Shown in pieces: positions 24,015 through 39,179 of a stretch of DNA of 64,000 bases. Source of the stretch: Lama glama. Lineage: Eukaryota. The stretch spans positions 68,698,001-68,762,000 of the forward strand of contig CM052817.1 in NCBI GenBank assembly GCA_028534125.1, read 5' to 3'. Within the stretch, counting starts at the first letter, position 1, and each line of letters opens with the position of its first letter. A program made the translations under genes and the position numbers. The notes beneath the pieces are model-generated. The model ran no database searches. It was not told the origin of the DNA and saw only the letters and a list, made by a program, of their open reading frames with translations.

Positions 24015-27000
24015 AAAAATACATTTGTCACTTGTATCTAAAATATACCTGGCCTATTTTTGTTTTATTTCTCTTCTAGACTTGACTAATGTTTTACTTG
24101 ATATATATTGTTTTCAATTGATTGGAGAAATGCTTCATTTTTGCCTATGCTTTTTGACCCTTTAGAATATAGGGAGGAAATTGCCTGTATTTCATGAAGA
24201 TTTGTTTTTCAGGGGGGATGTTGGCTAGCACATTGCTTTTTCTTTATACCTTTAGATAACTTGAACTATATTAATATGTAGTTTCTTATTTGTAGTTGCA
24301 TGTTGCATGCAATTGGAAGCCCTTGGTTTCTATTATATTGTGTATCCGTATTATAAATGTACTCTCCTTTTTAAGAATGGCAGGTTAGAATTTTTGTCAG
24401 GCTTATTAACTAGTCATATTTTAATAATATTGAAAATGACCAACTGTTGATTCTAGAGAGCTGAATATCGTAAAAGCTAGAAGACATGACATTTGAATAT
24501 TATTGCTATTGCTTGCCAGAGTAACCCAGACTGGTAATATACTTAAGGTGACTTTTTTAAAAGACTGAAATTTCCAACTCTGTACCGAACTTTTTCTTTC
24601 CATTTAGCAAAACAATTAGTAATAGATTTTGACTAGCTCTGAAGAATAAACACATTGCAAAGTGTTGCCAGTGTAGTTTCCAATAAATTGACCATAAAAG
24701 CAGCAGTCTATTTTTTTATTCTAGGTGGCTTCTTACAAAGATTCTTTAGATACTTAGTAAAAGATTATTTATAGCTTTTATGTTTAGGAGAGCATTTAAG
24801 ATTAATGTATTTTATTTTTTATGTACCATCATACAGTCAATATATTAAAAGAAATTATAGCCAAAAACTTAACATACAGAAGTATTAAGGTGTCAAATGC
24901 CTATTTTTACTCATCTTACAGATTTTGTAGGAACAATGAAAATTAACTTAGGCATTATGAGCTTCAAGTTTACCAGCCTTGAGATGATGACTGAGATACC
25001 AAAAAAGAAATGCATCTGTGGAGGTAGGACTACTTTAAAAGGAAAATCATACACACAGTATTTTAGTATTGTTGCTATTTATAGCCTGCAATAAGAAGGA
25101 AAGGTAAAACAACACTGCATGCCGAGTTATAAAAAGTCTAGTTAAAGTTCATTTATTTAATTTATGTCCATGGAGTTCTGGTAGGCCAGGACGTGGTACC
25201 ATCATAGAAATTTTATTTTATTTATGAAAAACTGAATATTAACAGAGCATCATTAACATCTGTTCATAACTGAACACAAATAAATCTCAAAAATTATTTT
25301 GTACTCAAGATATGTTATACTTCTGGGAATAAAAACTCTGGCAGAGTCTTTTGTGAGGCTATACTTTCTGATTTTTTCCCAATTATATTTAGTTTCTACA
25401 AATAATTATAATATAATCTATAGACTGTTTCAACTATTTAAATACTTGAAATATTTATTCCCAGTTTTTCAAGTTACATAAAAGCATTAATCAAATTATC
25501 CACTTAGCCTCATTCAGTCGTTATTTCTACAGAAAACTTAATTCTATTTTATTTATATTTCTGGGATGAGAGAGCTCTTACAGTATCAACAAAAAATAAT
25601 GGCATTGTTAGTGAATTGGACATAACTGTTCTGGCTTCTAACTGGTATCCAGCCCTTTAAGGATTTCGGCAGTAGGAGATGGTGTTAGGTCACAGATTAA
25701 ACAGCTGGTGTCTCTCAACATCTACTTATGTGTTCATCTATTTATGTGTTGCAAACTAAACCAGCAGAAAAAGCTGACCTTCCCCCAAGATAACTTTCTT
25801 ATGCAACGTTGGCTCACTATCTTACAAGGAATGTTGACATTACTAATTTTTCTTATATATAGAAATTCCATGTGTATTATTCTTATGAGATGAGTAATTT
25901 TCAGTACATGTTAATTTTTATATAGAATTGGAAATTTTTTTCCTGCCTTGTTTCTGTGAAGAACATTAAGTACAGTACAAGAACATTAAGTGCCCACCAA
26001 ACAAAGAATTTATTGTTACTTTAAAAAAATATGTAAATTCTCATTTATACCATTTACCGAACATTCAAATTTAATAAGCATGTCAGCAAGATAAAGGGTA
26101 TGTATAGGGCCTAGAATGTTAGTGAGTTTAACGAGGTCCCACTCTGGGTCTTAGCTTGTGGGTCCAAAAACCTGCATGTGTAAATGACTCTCAGAGATGC
26201 TAAGAAATATATAGAGATTAGTAGGATTGGTTTTGAAGCCAGATTACCCAGTTTTGACTCTAGCTCTCCAAATTAAAGGCATGTATGCTCTTGGTCAACT
26301 GTTTAGCCTCTGTATACCTACTTCCCTCATCTGTAAGATGGTAATAGTAATGGAACTTACCTTGTTTAGTTGTGAAGATGTATATTATGTTAATAATTTA
26401 TGAATGGGATGTTTCTTTCCAGAAACTAGCATTCTTATTCTCTTCTGTCTCCTTTCCTGGTATCACATTTCCTAAGAAGGTGAATTCTTATTCAGAAGAT
26501 TACTTGGTGTATATAAAATAAAGAGTTTCTTAAGGAATATTTTATAGAGGCCCTGTCTTTAAATAGACCTGATTGTTCCTTTATACCGGATGTAGTATCT
26601 CTTCTCTTACTAGAGATGGTTTGTACTGAAGCTTTTCTTCCCTCCCTGCACCCTCACTGAAATCCATGTTTTAGATATTTATATGCTGGTTTATTGATGC
26701 CCTTTCACTGGTTTAATATTATTGATAAAGTTTCAAATAGTTTTACAATTGTCTTAGGCTAGGAAAACAGTACTTCTAATTATTGTATGTTAGTTTAACC
26801 TAAGTAAAAGCAATCCTATTTTCAAATTATTGATGGGTAGAGGAGCACCTTACTATTGATTATAACAGGGACATTAAAAGGACATGAGTATACTTCCTCA
26901 ATTTTCTAGGAAAATTACATGTTGTACCTTTAAAAATATAAAAAATATCAACGTGTACAAAAAAATGATCAAAGTGTGCAATATTAGCTGTGTTTTAGCT

Positions 27001-27571
27001 ACATAAATTGTGATACAAGTGCTGGTTCTAAGTGCTGTGCAGTGGTGTGAAAACTAAAACTTCATCACCAAGATACAAAATTAAAACTAGGGAAGCAAAT
27101 TACTGTAAATCAACTAACAATAATATTGCAAATTGCTGTTTTGTGGAGGAAGCTTTTTAGTTAAGGAAGAACTGTTTCCTTCTCTAACAAATTTAGGGGT
27201 ATATATGAATAATGTCTGTCTACTCATGGATTTTATTATAAAATTATTAGTAAGATATGTAGTGCTTCATAGCTAACGAAGTATTTTCACATGTCTCATC
27301 AATTTAGCTCCCTAGAGGTAAAATCTTTACCCCAAAGAATCAACAGAAAACTTACATAAATGCCTGTGCTAAGATTGAAACCTAGATCTTTCTAATTCTT
27401 GGCTTTTCTCCATTACAATATACTTTCTTTCTCAGTTAGTCATGTGGTTTCTTTAATTTGAATAAGAAATTTAACTTCTCTTTTGTTTAAACTGTAGGGA
27501 GAGATGATGATACATTTTTTTAAAAACCCTAAATTCTAGTAGTTCATGCAAGGAGATTAGGGCAGCTTCTT

Positions 27572-27754
27572 TTTTTTTTTTTAACATTTTTTATTGATTT
27601 ATAACCATTTTACAATGTTGTGTCAAATTCCAGTGTTCAGCACAATTTTTCAGTCATTCATGGACATATACACACTCATTGTCATATTTTTTTCTCTGTG
27701 AGTTATCATAACATTTTGTGTATATTTCCCTGTGCTATACAGTGTAATCTTGTT
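27572..27754 (-). mobile_element. Young lineage-specific (camelid-like) L1 3' end with 15-bp TSD
   Basis: Poly-T tail, TSD ttagggYagcttctt at 27557-27571 and 27755-27769, and a TT/AAGA endonuclease site on the minus strand. Confidence 0.88.
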
Positions 27755-30559
27755 TTAGGGTAGCTTCTTAATTGGAGTATTTAAGAGATTTTAAAGGGAG
27801 AGAGATCACTAAACACTTCTTTGGAGTAATTACAAAGAGAATCTATCAATTTTTTTTTCTTTTTCTGGGAAAGTTCTTAGGAAGAATCACTTGGCAAAAC
27901 TAGTCTGCTGCTGCTGGGAGCAGTTGCCTTTCTAAAGAACCATGTATGTGCCTTGATTCTTTGAGTCATGCACTGTTGTTGAGGTCACTGATCCTGTAAT
28001 GACAGTCTCCTATGAAGGAAGTCAGTTCCAGATAGGTAGATAGGTAGGTAAGTAGGTAGGTTTTTAAACCAGGAGCAACTTTATACTTATACCCCATTTG
28101 CAGTACTTCTCGGATGATAACCCCAAGTTTTACAATAACAATGAAAAGAAAGATAGTTGCTGATGGCTGATCTGCCTCTATACAAAACTGGATCTTTTTC
28201 AGATACCAACTGTTTGGAATGAAAAAGAATAATTTATATGCACATTTTTGCTTATTGTACTTTTTATGCTTATGGTTTTAACTTTGGATAAGTTTTGGCA
28301 GAGATAATTCATAGGAGTCTAACTAAAAAAAAAAAGAGGTGGGGGGAGAAAGGACCTAGGACAATGAAATAATTGTTAGTTTGAAAGTGAGCCAGCTGGA
28401 ATTTCACAATGTGAATTAATTATTATATAGTATATTTTTTCACCCTTATGTATTCCCTTGTTTGTTTTTTTTTCCTTCCCCTTCCTTACTCCCACCCCTT
28501 CCTAACACCCACTATTCCCAATTCTCTCGATTTTTGAGTAAAATACGTGTGTAAGTGTTATTTTAAATCTTCATCAACATCATTTCCTATCTGGCAGGCT
28601 ATTGTCCTTAGCAACAGCAGCAGAAACAAGCCCGGGGCTCAATGATTACAAGAAAAAAGAATAATCCTTTTTAATGAAGAGGCAACTACTCTTCTTGCCT
28701 GTCCCATTACTATATAATGCCTACAGAATTGTTCAAATAGCAGTTGTTAACGTCTGCTCATTTCTATAATGGCATTCACATGGTAAGCCTTCATATCAAG
28801 GCTACTCTGACAGAGTTTTACATTTGCTCTTTTAAAATGCCTCATTAGAATATTATCCATCCCAGTAGAGAAATGCTCTCAATATATGCATCCACTTAAC
28901 TTTTCAGCCCTAAGATATTTGGCTGATATTTGTTAATTTAAAACCTGTTCAACTTTTCACACCTGGGGAATTTGGAAAGAACAGTGCAGGAGTCATCCAA
29001 AATCAACACCACAATTTGATTTCTCTTTGAAAAAGATTAATGAAAAATGCAAACTAAAAGTCACTTTTAATAAGTTTAGCAAAAGAGAATGATTTTCTAT
29101 AACTTTCCGTTTTCATATGTAAAGATAACATTTTCTCTTAAAGCATATGAACTAACAATAAAAATCTTCAGATGCTTATGAAAAGAAACTTGTTTTTTAA
29201 ATAAAATTTGAGAATATGGGAAATAGCAGTGCCACTTAAAAACACTAGCCTTTTGTAGAAGAATTGTGATTGCCTGAAAATCAGTAGAAGAGGAAAATCT
29301 AAGCAAATCCATATTTAAAAATGCAGCATATAGATAAACATAACTAAAAAAAGAAAGCCTGAAGTTGCTAATTGAGATAATTTTATCTGGAAGAGTAAAC
29401 CTAGTTATGATCAGAGCTGGTAAGTATTAGAGGTGAATCACTAATGCCCTGGGATGGTATGTACTAATGGGGCTCTAATGCCAGCTGCACAAAAATATCA
29501 AGTTTAAATTATCTTGAATGTTCAAAGCACTTTCAAATATAAAGTTTAGTAGAGATTTTTGTCTTCTAAGTGAGAATAGCATACAGATCGGGCACCTGGA
29601 GGGACGTGAGGAGAGATTGTAAATTACAGCATCTAGTAGGAAAGGTGGCAGGATACCAAAGATGAACTTTCTCGACATCATTTATTTTACTTAGAGCTAA
29701 TTCTGATCACAAAGTTCTTTTGTTGCAAGTTTTGATTATCACCAGTAATAGTCTATTCAACAGATACACATGTACTGTCATCCAGAAAAGTCAAACAACC
29801 AGCTTCAGGTGTAATACGGCAGCTTCAGTGCCTTGCTATTCTTATGATTCAACTGCCCCATTATCAACTAACAAATTATTTCCCTATATTCACTGTGCTG
29901 ATTATTTTGAGGAGCTAGAATTTGCTATTGCAGATGGCTCATGGAAGACCATGTCTGGAACTTAATACTTCTGGGATACTAGGCTAGAAATCAGAGTATA
30001 TTAGGAAAAGGCACTAACTAGAAAGATGGAGGAAGATTAAAGAAGAGAAAACAATGGTGAGGAATGAACCTTCTATTTGTGTATTAGGTAAAAGAGATAA
30101 TGATAAACTACCAGGAATACACAATGTAAATGGTAAGAAGGGCTTTTGAAACAGAAAGGGCAATCTGTAAGGGGAAAGTTTTGAGTTAAATAATTAACTA
30201 TCTTAGCAAAATCTGGTAATATGGGAAAGGAAAAGCATTCCAAAGACTTCTTACCTAGGGAAGATGGGGTAAGAAGAAAAGAATAGGGAGGAAATGAAAG
30301 TATTCTAAAGGTCTTATTTTAATAGCTGAGGGTATAATGCAGTGGGGAGAGAGTTCTCAGGGAAATAGTTCTTACTTTGTTATCAAACAATGGTAGAGAA
30401 GAAGGTACTTGATTCTGAATTCAGGGACAAGGAAATAATTCTTAATGGGTATGAATTAGAGTAGAACTTCCAAATTATTAAGGAGAAAAACTGAATTAAT
30501 AGCAATTTTATAAATTGGTAAAACTAAGGAAAAGAAAAATGCAAGAAATACAGTAATAT

Positions 30560-32200
30560 AAACAATAAACATAAGATGGAGAATCATCCTGTATGCTTGC
30601 ATAGGAGGATTTAATATTGTAAAATGTCATTTGTTATAAACATACACACTGCAAATGAATTTTTTTTTGAAATTAGATAAAACAGATCTGAAAAATTATA
30701 TATATGAATGACTGGGAGTAGCCAGAAAATATTTTGAAAAAGCAAAAACAAGGGAAACTTGTCCTCCTAGATATCAAGGAAAGATATAAAACCATTTAAA
30801 TTAAATCATTCTGGTATTGATAATAATATAAGTAAAATAGATAATGGAAAAGAATTATGAATCCAGAATAGATCTAGAAATAGATAAAGGAGATACATAT
30901 TTATATATCTATCTACCTACATTTTTTCAGTAGGAAGAGATGAATTATTTAATAAATATAGCATATACAGTTGGTTACCCATCAAAAAGGAAATGAAACT
31001 AAAACTCCATCTTCTATCATGTACATAGAAATATATGACTAAGAAAATTCACAAATTTTGTTTGGCGCAAGTTACCATAAATAAAACTGAAGGGCAAATA
31101 ATAGAATTGAAAAAAAATTTTGCAAAGTGAAAAACAGAGGGCTAATATCTGTAATATACATGGAGCTCTTCCAATTTACCAAGCAGGAAGTATTAAAGAA
31201 AAAGTATTCAGTAACACTTGTTAAAAGTGGTAAGGCAGACTTTATTTAGGACCATCAAGATAGGTCTAGGGAGCACTGCAATAGGAATTTACAACGGGGG
31301 GAGAGAGATTGGGCTAACTCTGAATAACAGCATGGGCAAGTAGGAATTTGTAGCAAAGGAGCAGGGTGGAGATCAGAGGTAGAAGACAACTAAGAGGGAA
31401 ATACAAGGAAGAGTCAGACGGAGTCTGGGTAACCCAACCTAACAGGATCTTTGCTGAAGACAGGCCGGAGTGATTAGACAAGGAACCTGACCAGATATCA
31501 AGGGTGGAGGGTTCTGGTTAAACTGACTTAGCAGGGTTCTTGCTAAAACTGAATTTTACAAGTAAGTGCCCAAACGGGCCTAGGAGAAGGTTCAGAAACC
31601 TGACTAAAGTTTTTGTCAAGAAAAGAAGTGTGAGAGATAATCCAACAGAAAAATGACAAAAAGGACAAGGAACGTGAAGAGGCAGCTCAAAGAAGAGTGA
31701 ATCTAAATGACCAACATGCTTATAAAAAGATGCTCCAATTCAGTATTAGTCTGGGAAATGCAGATTAAGATGAACAGTAAGATACGATTTACATTTACCA
31801 AATGTGTTAGAGTAGGTGTATAAGATAACACTGATTGATGACAAGAATATAGGAAAAGGGTACTCAAATGTTGCTGAAAATTAAGTTTGTTGCAACATTT
31901 ATGAAAATAAGTTGAGTAAGAGACCAGAAATCTCACTCTTGGGGATATAACTTACAGAAAAAAGCCAATGTTACATTAAAAAACATATACAAGAATGTTG
32001 GAACATGGCTTTTGGTGGCAGAAAACTGGAATACACAGCAATAGACGAGCAGCCACATAAATTGTTCTATATACACTGAAATGTTGACATCCTGTTACGC
32101 AGCCTTTAAAAAGGATGAATTTAAGCTACATTGTAGAGTTGGAGGAATTAAATGAGGTGGTGTTAAAAAAAAGATGTAGAGAGTATGAAATATTTTTTAA
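30560..32200 (+). mobile_element. Old, degraded L1M element interrupted by an LTR
   Basis: Degenerate ORF2 and 3' UTR-like blocks (aaaagatgctccaattcagtattagtctgggaaatgcagattaa). Confidence 0.7.
31190..31630 (-). mobile_element. MER31-like ERV1 solo LTR
   Basis: Reverse complement actttagtcaggtttctgaaccttctcctaggccc...gtaaaattcagttttagcaagaaccctgctaagtcagttta matches the recalled MER31 consensus. Confidence 0.8.
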
Positions 32201-33659
32201 AAAGTCAAAAGCCCTATGTATGTTTATGTCTATGTATGTGTTCTGTGTGTGTGCAAATATTTGGACATGCAGAGGACACGAATGGTGCATACCATGTTTT
32301 TTGTTGATGTGAGCTATCTCTAATGGGCTGGTTTGCATGAAGAGGAGGAGAGATGGAAGGAGGGGAGAGGTAAAGGTGAAATGTAAAAAGCAAAATATAA
32401 AAATGCTAAAGAAAAGTCAAGTATGTAATATGATCACATTCAGGGATTTATGTAAAATATATATACATATACCTGTATATACACACAAATCTAAAAATAA
32501 ATAATTCAGGGAAGAACATCACAGAAGTCTTCCTCTGAAACTAAAAGTACCTTTCCTCTATTAATCATTGACACCAGGCCAGCCTCAGAGATCTTGAATC
32601 CTTAATGATTCTGCGCAACATATCTTTCCTGAAGCTAACTAGTATTTGTGTTCTAAAAGAGTTAGCTGACATCACATGAATGAAGGATATGTAGGACTCA
32701 AAACCTGACTTTTTCACTCTTCTCTTGAATTGCAATTTCACCTTCTCAGCTTCAAATTTCTTTCTTTAATCCTAAGTCACCAACCCCTGCAGAAATGCCA
32801 ATTTTACTTAACTTTCAAACTCAGTCCAATTATTAAGGCTCCTGCTTGACAATTGCAAGTTGACCCACAATGATGGAAGGGGGCTATGCAGAAAAATAGA
32901 GGTGTTTCAATTTGCAATTTATATGCTTTCCTTTAAGAACACTTTATAAATTTTGGATGTAGGCTAATACCATTTGTGCTAGAGTTCAGGTAATATTAAT
33001 TATTAAGTACACTTTCAAGAACTAGTCTAGGCGAATAAACCAGCAGCTGTGAATCTCTTTTCAGTGGAAAATACAGTATTTTGCACACACAAAAGAAGCA
33101 ATTTATGAATTAACTTTATGAAAACAGCCTATTTGTAAATTGGGGACTATCTTGGTAAAATAATTTATAAACAATAAACCTCATGTGCAAATGTTAAACA
33201 TGCGGGTGATCCAATTGTGACTTGGTGATGATGGGCTTGGCTGTTAGGACTGACTGGAATTATTCTTCTTTGATCCTCACTGCTGCCTTTGAGATTATTC
33301 TGGAGCTCTCTACTAAGCCAAACTGACCAACCTTCCAAGGTAGACTGGACACCTCTTCTTCAGTCAAAGCTTTATTCATATTTGGTTATTACAGTTGTTA
33401 CACTTATTTCTGCTGCAGAGCTTGGTTTGGAGATACTACCCTTATTTCCAGACCTAAATAGAAACCACAGCTTATAAGAGAGTGGAAGAGAAAGATAACA
33501 TTTTTTGAGCATAAGATGTTTTAATCATTTCAGGAACTATGAAGTAGGTATTCAACATAAGGAAACAGTCCTTCACAGGTTAAGTAATTTTCTTTGCTTA
33601 GCATCAAGTAAGTAGTGGAGTGTTTTTAAAATACAGATAGTAATTTCCTGAGTTTTAAC

Positions 33660-34410
33660 TTTAAGTGTACTGTATATACCAAACAGTTCATAAAGCAGAA
33701 GTGTTTGCTGTTGAATGTCCACAAAATGAATGCACTATATGAAACCAGCTTCCAGATCAAGATATGTAACATTACTGACACAACATTGTAAAATGACTAT
33801 AACTCAATAAAAAAAAGTTTATATATATTAAAAAATATATATATATAACATTACCGGAATCTCAGAAGCTGCCTTGGTTTGTGCTTTTACTATCTCTTCC
33901 CCAAGGGTAACTACTCTTCTGACTTTCAACACTTCTCACATCAGAATAGTTTAAATTACATAAGTTTCGACTGTAGTGTGCAATCTATACAAATGGAATC
34001 ATAGAGTATGTACTCTTTTATGTCTGGCTTCTTTCAACATTATGTTTGGGTAATTCCTTTATTACCTGCAGTTGTAGTTTGCTCATTTTCATTATGGTAT
34101 AATATTCCATTGTGTAAATATACTACAATTTCCTTATCCAATCTACTATTAATGGACATTTGGGTAATTTCCAGTTTTTAGCTTTTATGAATAGTACTGC
34201 TGTGAACATTCTTATACATTCAAGTCTTTTAATGTACAAATATATATATTTCTGTTGGATACACTTAGGAGTGTGATTACTGTGTCATAAGATTTGCCTT
34301 AGAATCTTGAATCCTATATGTTATTTTTAGCTGCTGAACAGTTTTCCAAAGTGGAAATACCAAGTACAGTCTCACTGACAGCATATGGGAATTCTGATGG
34401 TCCATAGCCA
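33660..34410 (-). mobile_element. Old L1ME/MD-type 3' fragment just downstream of the GIMD1 stop
   Basis: aatggaatcatagagtatgtactc...ggacatttgggtaatttccagtttt is typical of old L1 3' ends. Confidence 0.75.
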
Positions 34411-34480
34411 TGCTAACAGGCATTTTTGAAACTGGGTTGCTGACTGTAAAACCCAATGCCCTTTTCCTTTTACCTAAATT

Positions 34481-34780
<300 letters not shown>

Positions 34781-36990
34781 CTATATTTCTCAAAAAATGA
34801 GCAAAGAAGTTACTATGTTTCAACATAGTCAACAGGTTTATACCTCATTATGGTTCTAAAAGCTGATATATATAATGGAAAGTGAAGATGGGGTCAAATA
34901 ATGTAAGCAAATGGAGAGAGGTGGTGGACTTTCTTTAAAAAAGGGTTTAGGTTGCCATTTTATTTTTGCTGTTATAACTCGTGTATATACAACTACAAAA
35001 CTGCATTATATCTATGGTGCATATGATATAATTACATTTATAACACTCAGCAATCATTTATACTTGCCTGTCAACCTGAATCTGTTAGACCACTGAATTC
35101 CTTTAAGTCAGAAGACCTTGCCCAAGGGAAACGTCATGTCTTTTTCTGTAGGGATGGTGTCATCATCACTAAAAGCATTTTCTAACAATTTGTAATTACA
35201 TAATCTGGTTACAGTCTATTGATTAGTCAGATGACATGGAAATGCCAGGATCAAAATACATTTGGTAATTTGGAACAACTACAGAATATTACTGTGATTT
35301 GTGTCCTGATCACATGCCTAGAAATCAAACCCAGTTTATCCGACAACTTCCTCTAATGTAGGTGAAAAACACTAAAGACTGGTATTCCTTTGTTTAGTAA
35401 TATGTAGAAGTTGGTTATGTAATAAATTCTTGTTTGATTAGTGAAAATAAGCTGATACAAAGCAGAAGTAATAGCATGTGACAGATTGTTCACACAATGT
35501 GGAAGGCACCTAGAAATAACCAGTTAACTTTTTTGAATATTTCCAAAGTTATATGAAATCATGACAATGGGACAATAAAATTCCCTCCATTCCAAACACG
35601 TCCATGATAAAAATATTTCTAAAGCTGCTACCAGTTCATAATAGCAAGAAAAGTACAAAACACTTAGGAATAAACATAACAAGAAATATCCAAAACCTCT
35701 AATAACTAGAAGAAAAAAAGGAGAGAGAACAACTAACATTTAGTGCTGGCTATTATGCTACTCACTTTACATGCTTTATCTCTTTTGAAGATCAACATGA
35801 TGATGTGTGGGAGATACTAATATTATCTCCACTATGATATGGAAAAACTGATGCATAAGTTGACCACAAACCCACAGAGTATTAGCACAAACTCTAGTTT
35901 ATAAAAATCTTGAAAAACTTGAAAAACAGTTTGGGAACTGGTTTCAATGTATATAACAAATGTAGGATTCATATTTATAATACTGAACAACTGAAAAAAA
36001 ATGGAAGAAAGAAGAGAAAAGGGAAAAGAAAGAAAAATGAAGGAAGGAAGCAGGAGGGAGGGACGGAGGAAGGAGAATCAGGACATAGACATCTAATGTG
36101 AAAATATGGTAACTGTGGGACAATGTATTTAAAATTAGAAACATCTCAAAACCATAGTTACCAGTATAACTCTTAATACATTGCATTATATATTACATTA
36201 TACATTATACATCTTAATACATTACATTATAACTCTTAATTTTACCAGAACTCTTTATTTTCACATTCTCTTGACCATGACCTCTTTGAAGGCAAAGTCT
36301 ATGTCTTTCTATATTAATCAAAAGCGCTAGCACATTGTAAACTCTCAATAAATATCTGTTTAATTTGGAATTGAGACCCTGAGCATCATCTTAAATGGGG
36401 GTTTAGGGTTTTATTTAATAGTTTTAAGTCTTCAATTTTGAAATTTAATCTTTGAGACACAAAAATTGTACTTCCCTGTAAAACTCTTTTCTATAGTTCA
36501 TTATCATGGATTTGCTTGTAGTCTGCAATTACTATTTTGTACTCAGAGGGACTCTCTCAAGGACTCTCTCAAAACTTATCCTTATATCTGTTCAAAATTT
36601 GTCTACACCATAGAATAATTGTATATTTCTAGTTCCCCTAAAAATGCCCTGCTTCTAGAAAATCTGAATTGACATTTCAAGATCAACATTATTAGGGAAT
36701 AATAATTTTAGCAGAACGATTCTAAACTTTACAATATAATTTTTCAAAGAGGTACTTTAATTGGCACGTATTCTTATGTGCCTTTAAAACAAATTAGCAT
36801 AATCTTAACCCAACTTTAAAGAACATTGCTCTTGTGTAAATCTAAGTATATGTGCAATGTCAACATCACATTTTAGCTAATAGTGATATAGCAAAATTAG
36901 CAGACCTCTTCAGAGTTTGTCATATGTTTTGTTTACTGTAACACATCTCTCATGGGAGAGAAGTCAGAGAACTGCAAAATAAATAAATGA

Positions 36991-37387
36991 TGCTGTGGTT
37001 TGAATTGTATCCCCTCTCTCCAAATTGATAAGTTGACATCCTAACCTTCAGTACTTCAGAAGTGATTTTATTTGGAAATATGGTTATTGCAGATGCAATT
37101 GATTAAGATCATTAGGGTGAGGCTCTAATCCAGTATATCCTTATAAAACAGAAATTTGGACAAAGACATGAATACAGGGAGAACACCAGGTGAGCATAAA
37201 GACAGCCATCCATAAGCCAAGGAGAGAATCCTTGGACAGATCTTTCACTTACAGCTCTGAGAAGGAACTAACCCTGCTAACTTCTATTTTAGACATCTAA
37301 CCTTCAAAACTGAGAGACGATTGTTTATATTGCTTAAGCCACCCAGTTAGTGGTACTTTGTTATGGCAGCACTAGCAAATTAATCCA
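36991..37387 (+). mobile_element. MLT1 (MaLR) solo LTR
   Basis: Starts tgctgtggtttgaattgtatccc and ends ttgttatggcagcactagcaaattaat. Confidence 0.88.
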
Positions 37388-39179
37388 AATTGTTGAAAAA
37401 TTTGTGAAGTGCTAAATATATCAGATCTAGGTTCTGGGAATAAGATTTTTGGGTCATTTACATCAGAATCACTCTAGATACTTGCTAAAAATGCATCAAA
37501 ATCTTTAGGGATGGAGCCTCGTAATGTGAATTTTAGACAGCACCCTCGATGATTTACTCCTTCTGCAAATATTTATTGAGGGTCTACTTAGTTCCAGGGA
37601 CAAGGAATGGAACAAAACGGATACCTTTCCTGCTCATATCTAGAAGAGCTTCTTGTTTACTATCTAAACTTAATGCTAAGGAAGAGAGACAGACAGGAAA
37701 ATAAGACTCAATTTGTTGTAATCACAAGTGTTGTGGTAGAAAATGTATTGGCACTATAGAGGCAGGTGTTTAGCTCAGTTGTGGGTGGTGGGGTGGAAAG
37801 TGAGGGTAAAGGGGAGGGGTCAGGAAAAGTTCCATGTGTGAGTTTATGCCTTAAGCATAGGAATTAACAAGGGAGTTATCAGGCAATAAAGATACACCAA
37901 GTAAAGAAAGTGAGCATTATTGGGAATTGTATAGTATTGGAATTTATTTCTATACAACTTTTGATTCTTTAGCACTCCTGTCTCTGAAAGTTTCTCATAT
38001 TTAGAGCCAGACCTGATCCTCACCCAGTACATTATTGATGTGTTCACATTGATTGTCATAATCTTGAAATGTTTAATACAAGTTAATAAATGGCTACTAC
38101 CCTTAACCCCTTGATCTACCCCCATACCTACTCCCTGGGTATTTGTTGATTGATGCATGAGCTGTACTTGATTTTAAATATTTTAAAAGCATCACCATAA
38201 AAAATCATGCTAAATAAACTGGCTCAAATGGTTCTCTCCTGGGTTATATATTATAACATGGAATTCTTCTCTTGCTAGGTTAGTGCTTATTGCATTAAGT
38301 GGTATAACATTCACAGTGTGTTTTTAGTTCCTGGCTTTCTGTATTGTAACATTAACGTGTTCCCTCTTTGTCTTCACCAGACATTTCCTATACTTTAAAC
38401 CATAATATCATTCAGGAAAAATGAGTTAAAGCACCTAAGGATAATAGATTTGTAAGCTCGACACTGCTTACGAGTCCATGTGTTCAGCCACTGGGAAATT
38501 TTTACATGTTGATAATTATTTATGAAAGGATGCTCATGTCCTAAACTGTGAGAGAAATTGCACTTCTGAATTACCGCCAAAAATAGAAGAAAATGGTTGA
38601 TTTAGCTTATATTCTTTAGATTGATTTTTGGCCGGAAAATAGTTGAATATTTGAAAGTAGTGTCGCTTGGTGTATAGTCATCATGTTAGTGGCCAAACAT
38701 GTTCTCTATGGACCCAGAGAAAGAATAACCACGCTTGATTGATACCTCACATAAAAATCCAAAAGCAAGATAAGTTAATGTAAGTTATCTGGTGTTAATA
38801 ATTTAAATATAGTACTAAGCTAGATGGAAATTTTACAATCAATCATGACTTGTTTGCTTTCAAAGTGCTAATGGGTATGAGTCCATCTAGTCCTTTTGGG
38901 ACAACTAGTTAGGATATAAACTTTGTTTTCCAGGAATTATGTTCATTTTCCCAGGACCTCACCAGCCCTGCCCCATTTGTTTGTGGTTGATGAAATCATA
39001 GCATCTGGACTTTTTAGGGGGAAACTTTAAAAAAAGCCAACTATTACATCAACTGAGAAAAAAATTATCATGGATCAGGAGGACAATAAGGACCATTCTT
39101 TATATTTTATTCTATTCCCTAACTCTCTTCCCACTTAAAGCACCACATTTTCCTTCTTAGAGAGCCAAAGCAGAATGAT

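Noticed and set aside
25959..25991. Short direct duplications (aagaacattaagt x2; similar ones at about 775, 19630 and 36549)
   Set aside because: Only two copies each, typical of slippage; not an array or CRISPR-like structure.
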